Below are positions 54,979-64,000 of a stretch of DNA of 64,000 nucleotides, piece by piece (position 1 is the first letter of the stretch; every line of letters starts with the position of its first letter). The stretch is taken from assembly GCF_006345805.1 (NCBI RefSeq), contig NC_042999.1, forward strand, positions 26,412,001-26,476,000, in the 5' to 3' direction. The position numbers and the translations under genes are program-made. The notes beneath the pieces were generated by a model. That model saw only the letters and a list, made by a program, of their open reading frames with translations. It ran no database searches and was not told where the DNA came from. The DNA comes from Octopus sinensis (Eukaryota).

Positions 54979-55208
54979 TTTCTTTACTACCCACAAGAGG
55001 CTAAACACAGAGAGGACAAACGAGGACAGACAACCAGATTAAGTCAATTATATCGACCCCAGTGCGTAACTGGTACTTAATTTATCGACCCCGAAAGGAT
55101 GAAAGGCAAAATCGACCTCGGCGGCATTTGAACTCAGAACGTAGCGGCGGACAAAATACCACAAAGCATTTCGCCCAGCGGACTAACGTTTCTGCCAGCT
55201 CGCCGCCT
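54979..55208 (-). mobile_element. tRNA-derived SINE family 2
   Basis: Minus strand ggcggcgagctggcagaaacgttag (A-box), gagttcaaat (B-box), central gcctttcatcctttcggggtcgataaattaagtacc. Confidence 0.88.
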
Positions 55209-55523
55209 TAACACATATGGAAATATTGTTTAATTTATAAAAGAATGACATATGGATAAATGTAAATGTTATGATAATTTATTGCTTTATGGCCGCTTTA
55301 TAAAACAGCTGTCCTGTGCTGTTCATAACTGAAGGGATTCGAGTGCATTTAGTCTAAAAAGAAAAGCATGGAACGGTTCTCTAAGAAACTCCATCCTCTG
55401 AGAAAATATGTTTGCATAATTCTTTCTGGAGTAGCAAAGCTTTGCATCCTTTATATGTACTTCAACTGTTCTGACTTGCAGTGTAATGTATATCTCACAC
55501 ATACACAGACGTATATCTGTCTG

Positions 55524-55610
<87 letters not shown>

Positions 55611-57104
55611 GTATGTCTGTCTGTCTGTCTGTCTATCTATTTATTCATATATTTATGGATAGATAGAACGATATGCATTCATACCTAAATCCAGACATAT
55701 ATATGCATCTGCGTGTTTCTCTCTCTCTCCCTCTGTATGTACGTATGTGTATGTATGTGTGTGTTTCTCTCGTTTCTTTACTGTCATTGACTCTGCAAAT
55801 TCCCCAAACATTACTCGCGGCATTAATCGTAAGATCTTTCTGTAAAATATTTTATATAGAAAGCAAATTCCGTTTACATTACTAAGTGGTAGCACTTAAT
55901 ATTTAAGTATCTGGAAAATTATTTAATATCTAGTAGATAGAAAATTCAAAGCAACTCGAAAAATACGATAATGGAAATCTAAATTGTTTGATGACCAATA
56001 ATATTTGCTCTTTGCGATGTATGGGGAGACAAATTTGAATGATTTTGACTTCGTCCAATCTCCTTAACATGATTGGAGACAAGCTGTAAATTTACAAAAG
56101 AATTAACGCTAAGATCGAGAAGCAGATAAATGGATATTTATTGGTAGGAACGACAAAATAAGGGTAACAATTACATATATATTGAGATTGCATCAACCTG
56201 ACGTCTACGAAGCTAAATATGGAAACATATATTCAAAAATTGGGCACTTGAAATCTGCAATAAAATATGATATTTGCTAAAGAAGTATATTGTTCATAAA
56301 ATGGGATATGGTTGACTGTTAAAACGTACTAAGGATTGCATGCATACATATGCACACATGCTCGCACACAGATACTCATAAACTCACCCTCACATATTTC
56401 TGGGCGTAAATTAGAAGATTTACAGAAAAATAGAATCAGATGTACAATCGGTAATGAACAGTTATGTTAAAAATTGGTAAGCTTACAAGAAATGAGTTTA
56501 AATTAAATGTCTTGGGTTTGTTGGTTTAAAATAAGGTAGCAGCTGACGTTAGAATTGAGTGGATTCGGATGGCAAACCTAATGAAATTATTTAAAAGATC
56601 ACTTGGATATTTTGGGTAATATATTGGTAATATAACTAAATTTGAAGTGTAGTATAATTTCGTGTGCATGCGTAACTAAGGTTATACCTAATGGTTTACG
56701 CAAATTCTGTGTAAGACAATTTAAATTTGGTGCATATTAAGTAGCGAAGTTAATTCGTCTCAAATTTGTTGGTTTTAAACATTATAGAATTTTCTGGGGC
56801 AGGGTTTCTTGTTATCAAGATTCCAAGAATACTGGATTTATAATTAATTATGGTCATAGTTAGCAAGAATTTTTGTATCTACAGAAAATTCATTTTCGTA
56901 TTATCGGGAGCAAAAGCATGGGTCACTGAAGGTATGCCTAAATATCAGTTCAACTTTAGTTAAAAGACAGAAACTAGCTTATATTCTTTTTCAAATTTTG
57001 AATGACACGCCACATCCGCATCATATCTGCAAACCCGCATCTTATTCATCACTTTATACTTTATAATGAGTGGATTTAAGAAAAAACATATATTATTTCT
57101 TTCA

Positions 57105-57500
57105 TAGGCGCAGGAGTGGCTGTGTGGTAAGTAGCTTGCTTACGAACCACATGGTTCCGGGTTCAGTCCCACTGCGTGGCACCTCGGGCAAATGTCTTCT
57201 ACTATAGCCTCGGGCCGACCAATGCCTTGTGAGTGGATTTGGTAGACGGAAACTGAAAGAAGCCTGTCGTATATATGTATGTGTGAGTGTTTGTGTGTCT
57301 GTGTTTGTCCCCCTAGCATTGCCTGACAACCGATGCTGGTGTGTTTATGTCCCCGTTACTTAGCGGTTCGGCAAAAGAGACCGATAGAATAAGTACTGGG
57401 CTTACAAAGAAAAAGTCCCGGGGTCGAGTTGCTCGATTAAAGGCGGTGCTCCAGCATGGCAGCAGTCAAATGACTGAAACAAGTAAAAGAGTAAAAGAGT
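57105..57500 (+). mobile_element. SINE family 1, full length
   Basis: ggcgcaggagtggctgtgtggtaag..gggttcagtccc..gtaaaagagtaaaagagta. Confidence 0.92.
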
Positions 57501-58367
57501 ATAGTGGGAGTTATAATCTGAAGGAGTGGAATAATCTTATATTACAATGAAGAAGCTAAAAGCAATTACATTTTATTCTAATTCTACCTTCAGTTGCAAT
57601 ATCTTTCAGCTTCAATATAAATGCCATTTTGTAACTAAGCAGGAAGAAACTAACAAAAAATAATTTTTGCATCTAAAATTTACACAGAATATGCTGATTT
57701 TCTAAAACCCACTCCTTATGGGTTTGGAAAAGCATTAATTTTATCAAGGCCACCACCAAAAATCTCTACCCACGCATTAATTTATCGGAAGCCAAAGCAA
57801 AAATAAAACTGAATAGAAACAGTTCAAATTTTTTGCAATTTTACATAGTTATACCATTTCTATCATAAAACGTATTAGTGCTCACTTTGAAATTCGATAA
57901 TTTTTTGCGTATTCTCTTTCCGCCTCCCTTCCTCTCTCCTCTTTCCCTTCCTATTCAACTAATCACTTGGATACGTTATAGACGAGATAATCTACGGAGA
58001 AACAAGCAGAATTAGATGTGTGAATTACGTATGTTTCATATATAGGATCACTTAAATGCCAGGCTATTTCATTGACATATGCACTGATTACGTTCCATGC
58101 AATGCAGACTGAAAGCTATATTTTTTTCAGTTATGCGTTCATAAGAATGAAAACATACCTATCCGGGGTGCTTTTCTTAATCTGCATATAACCATATGAC
58201 TCTGTGAGGATACTTAAGAAGAAGGAACACCGTCTCATCTCCCTATTGGTGTGTAGCTCTGATACGAATGAACTGTAAGGAAACATTCATATACAGATGG
58301 ACAAGAATGAAACAAATATACAAACACACACACATACATATATGAATTTGTATGGACGTGTATATAT

Positions 58368-58598
58368 ATTTCTTTACTACCCACAAGGAGCTAAACACAG
58401 AGGGGACAAACAAGGACCGACAAACGGATTAAGTCGATTACATCGACCCCAGTGCGTAACTGGTACTTAATTTATCGACCCCGAAAGGATGAAAGGCAAA
58501 GTCGACCTCGGCGGAATTTGAACTCGGAACGTAACGACAGATGAAATACGGCTACGCATTTCGCCCGGCGCGCTAACGTTTCTGCCAGCTCACCGCCT
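58368..58598 (-). mobile_element. tRNA-derived SINE family 2
   Basis: Collinear with 54979-55208. Confidence 0.88.
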
Positions 58599-58726
58599 AT
58601 TGGACGCGTATATATACGTGTCTCGTTTCATGTGTATGATAGTGTATATTTCTGCACACATACACACTCGCAAGTACACACACGCACACGCAAGCACAAA
58701 CGCACGCACACACACGCGCGCGCGCG

Positions 58727-58757
<31 letters not shown>

Positions 58758-59635
58758 GTTTCTTCTTTCACTCAAAATTAGTCTGAAGTTGTGTTTATTA
58801 AGTCTTGGGGTTAGAAATAATAACTAATTTATCACCTCGAGAAGTTTAGAAAAGTCATAATTAGATCATGCCAGAGCTATATGTCCATTCAAGTTTACTC
58901 AAATTTTCTCCAAATTATAATTTCTTTTAAGCAAAATCGCTACTTCTAAAAATCACTAGAAGAGACCAGAATCGTGACTATATTAAATAGTAAAGCCAGT
59001 CGCTAAATCAAAGTGGTAGTTGAATGAAATTAGTAGTTTAACCCTAGGTAGATTACCCGCCACTCTGCACTCTCTAAATACAATATATTATTAGCAGGGA
59101 GATCGAATTCCTACCACACTCCGCAGGTATCTGGAAGCGAGATTGACTCAGTTTCGAGCTATTTGGCTAATTCTCAGTTCCGAGCATCTGTACGCTCGTG
59201 CGATAGCCAGAGTCCGCTAACGTTAACAATATATTGTAAACAAAGTGTTCATCAGATGAAGCATCTTCACTATACAAACGAGTGGGTAGTCTTTGCTGGT
59301 GAGGGTTTTACGAGGTCGCGGTGCAAGTCCTACCGCAAATTCTTTTTAGTCGACTTTTCACACATTCTAACAGGAGAAACGTTGAGTCTATACTTTGATG
59401 ACATGCTAGTCTTAACACAGCAGATTATAAATGCACGCTCGCACATACACACACGCTTTTGTGTGAGGACGTATGTATATATATATATATATATAATATG
59501 CATGTATTGTATGTATGTATATATATATATAATATGCATGTATTGTATGTATGTATATATATATATATAATATGCATGTATTGTATGTATGTATATATAT
59601 ATATATATATACACAAATATAAATATATATTTATG

Positions 59636-59666
<31 letters not shown>

Positions 59667-60189
59667 GCACACACATATATGAATACAGGCACAGAGATAT
59701 ATGCACACATGCACTGTGATAAGAAGAGAGCAGAAATCTTCACAGTACATCTTCACTTGCCCCTCACTGTTTCAGTGACAAGAAGTGGATCCAGAACGAC
59801 TGAGATCGGTGGCGAGCGGTAGCAAGCCACGGCGTCTACAGTATGTAGAGGGGCGCCTTTAAAACCACCCTTTTTGATTCAGTCTTGTTCTAGTTAATAG
59901 TAGCACAAAGCACACAGTTTGCCGCAAGATATCGGAGAGACGGAAAGGAATAAGAACAGCAGGTGCTGGAACAGGTGCTACTTCTGGATTTGACAAAGGA
60001 GAGAAGCTGAGGCAAGGATAAGCCAACATAGAAAGCAATCAACAGCTGAGAATCCAACAGGTGTTACTATTCCTGGTCAGTGTAGACCTGGATAAAATAG
60101 AGGTTAAGTGGCGTATCCACACACCTTCAAACACTTTAACCGCCATTGTAGGCCCCCTCTACCTGATAAGACTGGATGTAGGCCTTATG

Positions 60190-60530
60190 GATGTCAAAAA
60201 TTTCGTTTCTAAAATCGTCCCAAAGGATTTCTCTTTTCCCGCAGAGTTTCTTTCTTCTCGATTGGAGGCCCTATCTGTTGATCATGAGGCATGGAGATCC
60301 GTTTGTGATGGTGGAGTACAGGTATCTGAAACCGAACGTAGGCGATGACAAAAAGAGTGTCGGTATCCAGTGTCTATTGCTTGTGGTCTCCTTCAGTGTC
60401 CTCAGGAACACATGATCTGCCGCTCTCGAATCGGTCTTGTCGGCCATATCCAACCGCTTCGATGTGCAGGAGGCGGAGGAGGATGAGTATCTTCGATCCA
60501 CACTGTTGATACGCCGTCATAAGCGAGTAA
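60190..60530 (+). mobile_element. RTE-clade LINE 3' end with terminal zinc-finger-like motif
   Basis: LEALSVDHEAWRSVCDGGVQVSETERR and CPQEHMICRSRIGLVGH resemble the RTE C-terminus. Confidence 0.7.
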
Positions 60531-62862
60531 GCAATATCTACACACACACATACACACATACGCTCACACAAACACACACACAAACACACACACACATACA
60601 CACTCATACGCTCACACAAACACTCACACAAACACACACACAAACACATGCACAGACAGATGCACACATATAAAAATATATGTATGTATATAAACACGCA
60701 CGCACACACACACACTTACACATATCAAATATATGTTCAGACATATATCAATGTAAATATATATACATAGGAAATCGTAAAGATACACAGATTTTTTATG
60801 GAGAATAGGTTGCTGAGGAGAAAATCAGAAACTCCTGTGTAAAGCCTTTTCTTGAAACCACTTGCTTGAATGATACGAAGAGACTTTGGCATATTATGTG
60901 CTTTATCTTGCTTTACAGAACTCATATTGTATCAAAAATCTACAAATGATTAACATTAATTAATTACCATACTCATTTTCTGAATTATATAGAGTAAAAG
61001 TAAGTGTTTTCTGTGTTGAAAATGATTTCATATATTTGCATAAGTTACTTAAATCGGTTACTATAACAGAGCGGTTTGTATATTATCGACTCGGGAACCA
61101 AAAGGTAAAAAGATGTCTACATAAGCGTAGATAGTTTTCATCTCGCATATACGAGCACAGCAGTAGTTTAACAGCATTGTCTGAGGCCTATATTGATTAC
61201 ACAATTTATAGCCTGATTGTGTAAATTTCTCAAATATACTCAATGACAGTAAGATAAATACCTACAGCACGTACATTCATATGAAAATATAGCGTCTAAT
61301 GTTCTTTTTTCAGCAGCTCACTATCCACATATACTGATTTCTACATCATGAGTGTATTATTGCTATGTATTGACTGCATTGTTTATGAAGTGGGCCTTTT
61401 CACCAGTTATTGATCTGTAGTGTATTTATCGATATTTATTGCAGAATTGTTTTTCTTCATGTTGTTTTAATCATTTTACTAGCCATTTACTATAGATCGT
61501 TAGTTGTTTCATTATCTTTTTACCTCTCTGCTCTTTTGCCTGTTTAACATAATGGCTGTAATTTCAATGAATTTTCCTGCTGTTCTAAATCGTCGATCAA
61601 TGTTTGTATATTGTGTCCGTTAAAGCTGAATTTTTAGGTTGACATTCAATAACTTTGAATGTTCCAAACACTTTCATTAATGTTTCATAGAAAAAAAAGA
61701 CCAATAAATAAAGAGAAGGAGGGAAAAATACAACAAAATGTATTTGTAATGGGATTATTATTTGCTGACTAAGGATTTTTCCCATCACTAAATTATATTC
61801 TTCTACAATATTTTTTTTCCTGGCACTATAGTTGGTCAAACCTGCTCTTCTGTGAAACACCATAATTTGTTCTTTCACACGCAATGAAGTCGGTTGATAT
61901 TGAAGCAAGTAAACTAACCTCTTCATTTGGCAAATATTTGTTCTGAAATTCGAAATAAAGGGCTTTGTAAGCGATCTACCTTATTATTTCTTTAAAAGAA
62001 GAATTAAAATAAATCTTAAACATAAAATTTAGGCGTGAACTATAATTAAATAATATATCACTGTCGCATGATTGTGTCAATTTTTAAATCAATGCTCGGT
62101 TGCCGGTTTTATAGCGGTTCAAGGCATCGATAACGCATTAGAATTTCATGATGAATACACGTAGGTGCTTCGACACACACACATACACTCACACACATAC
62201 ACGCATGGATATGCGTATGAAAGTATGCCCGCATCTATGTATGTGTTAGTTAAAAAGTAAAAAGTGGTGAATTTCCGTTTAATCGTTTGCCTTCAAACTA
62301 TTTTCCCATTTAAAAACTCAATACATTGTAAATGCTTTAAAATAACGCCTGATAAAATAACATCAACCAATTTAAATAAAATGAAATACCAAACACAAAG
62401 GTACTCTAGGTTATGTATTTATAATGAATAAATTAGATATAAGGATTAAATTTAACTACTGCAGTTTATAAAACTTTATAGAAAAATATGTTTTTAAAAA
62501 TTTATATCCAATCCTTTTTATGTTAAAAATTCAAATATTTGTAATAACATAAAAAATAACAATTAGAATACTCTAACAATATTTATCAGTAAAGCAGCTT
62601 ATCTAATATACAACCTATGTAATATATAACGTATAATCCTAGCTTTATATACTTATGGATATACATACCTGAGTGTGTGTGGCTGTGTGTGAGTATATGA
62701 ATGATCATATATGTCTATAAGTTCTGAAGATCGTGTAAAATAACGGTATATGATTTAGGAAAATTGGAGTATTTACAGTGTCTCTGTTTGAAATTTCGAT
62801 ATTACTACGTTTAGCGAGGTATATTTATAAGTGTGTCTGTGTGTGTATTTGTATGTGTATAT

Positions 62863-62896
<34 letters not shown>

Positions 62897-62899
<3 letters not shown>

Positions 62900-64000
62900 T
62901 ATATAAAAGGGCTTAGTAAAATAAATTACCTTGCCACATACTGAACTCATTAGAAATAGTAGCTAAAAAAAAACTTTTTTAAAACTATTTCTAATACTTA
63001 AAGAAAATCTCTCTCATATAGTGTTTGCTCAATTCAACTCACGAAAGTATGGGGGTAAAGACATTAAAAAATCAAATGCAAAGGTTATTTGAGAACGTAC
63101 GTTTCAAGATTAGTCAACTCGACATTTCTATCATCAGCTCAGAACTCCTTGGTTTGGATTTGAAAACACTGAAAGTGGGAGCATACCCTTTCGGCTTCTT
63201 ATCGCTTCTGAAGATCTGCTCGAAACTAACAGTGCCAGCAAACCCAAAATATGCAAGCGAAGAATTTCTGCTCACCCCTTTCCACCAGCGTGGGTTAAAA
63301 TCAGTAAACACTATGCTTTTTCGGTAAAATCCGAAGAATTAAATAGAGAGAGATGAATTATAATTTCAACAATTGAGGGTAAAATTAATTAATTATTAAT
63401 CAATTTCACCAAGTATTCAGTATGTAAAGGGACCATTTAAGGCGAATTCAAATTATTGCATTATATAAAAGGGCTTAGTAAAATAAATTACTTTGCCACA
63501 TACTGAACTCATTAGAAACAAATAACCTTTGCATTTGATTTTTTAATGTCTTTACCCCCATACTTTCGTGAGTTGAATTGAGCAAACACTATATGAGAGA
63601 GATTTTCTTTAAGTATTAGAAATAGATTAAAAAAAGTTTTTTTTTAGCTACTATTTCTAATGAGTTCAGTATGTGGCAAAGTAATTTATTTTACTAAGCC
63701 CTTTTAAATAATGTATAATTTGAATTCGCCTTAAATGGTCCTTTACATACTGAAACTTGGTGAAATTGATTAATAATTAATTAATTTTTACCTCAATTGA
63801 AATTATAATTCATCTCTCTATTTAATGCTTCGGATTTTACCGAAAAAGCAATAGTGTTTACTGATTTTAACCCACGTTGGTGGAAAGGGTAGAGCAGAAA
63901 AATTCTCGCTTGCATATTTTGGGTTTGCTGGCAATGTTAGTTTCGCGCAGATCTTCAGAAGCGATAAGAAGCCGAAAGGGTATGCTCCCATTTCAGTGTT
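62897..64000. mobile_element. Head-to-head pair of a ~560-bp non-coding hammerhead-bearing unit (Penelope pLTR or retrozyme-like); continues beyond the window
   Basis: 62898-62957 is repeated at 63459-63518; 63519-64000 is the reverse complement of a circular permutation of the unit. Confidence 0.88.
63090..63141 (-). ncRNA. Type-I hammerhead ribozyme motif, canonical core
   Basis: tgag-CTGATGA-taga..gtc-gagtt-gac..tctt-GAAAC-GTAC-GTT-ctca. Confidence 0.72.

Noticed and set aside
55980-56990. Possible very old LINE RT remnants (e.g. TNLNDFDF)
   Set aside because: Too decayed to support by eye; needs a tblastn or HMM search
59135-59190. Minus-strand GAAACTGAGTC half-motif
   Set aside because: No matching core or stem I upstream
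59760-60190. GC-richer stretch as a possible host exon
   Set aside because: No convincing ORF or splice pattern; it adjoins an RTE fragment
63207-63232. Second hammerhead in the 63-kb unit (ctgaagatctgctcgaaac)
   Set aside because: No stem II, stem I or cleavage triplet can be formed
63025-63327. 100-aa and 65-aa ORFs in the hammerhead unit
   Set aside because: No recognisable motif, and the frame is disrupted by indels in the inverted copy

Overview
AT-rich, microsatellite-dense eukaryotic DNA, most likely from an octopod cephalopod. The taxon call rests on my recognition of the SINE families, not on a database hit. I found no host protein-coding exon, and almost all ORFs in the track are translated microsatellites or transposon debris. 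Identifiable elements are: several R4/Dong-type restriction-like-endonuclease LINE 3' fragments stacked inside (TAA)n tracts; a non-coding ~550-bp retroposon that also sits in TAA tracts; about 10 copies of a tRNA-derived CORE-like SINE; a second tRNA SINE family; mariner, Tc1 and maT-like relics; a TSD-bounded Merlin element; a decayed Helitron; and RTE and Penelope RT fragments. The most interesting signal is about 14 minimal type-I hammerhead-ribozyme-like motifs from at least 8 short non-coding repeat families. Their cores include canonical C3-G8 and covarying G3-C8 and U3-A8 variants. Many sit in head-to-head fold-back insertions where one arm starts 2-5 nt after the predicted self-cleavage site. 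One is a tRNA-headed SINE carrying a hammerhead plus an inverted tail, bounded by a 14-bp TSD. This points to a population of non-autonomous ribozyme-bearing retroelements mobilised by Penelope-like machinery. All RNA structure calls were made by eye and need computational and biochemical confirmation.
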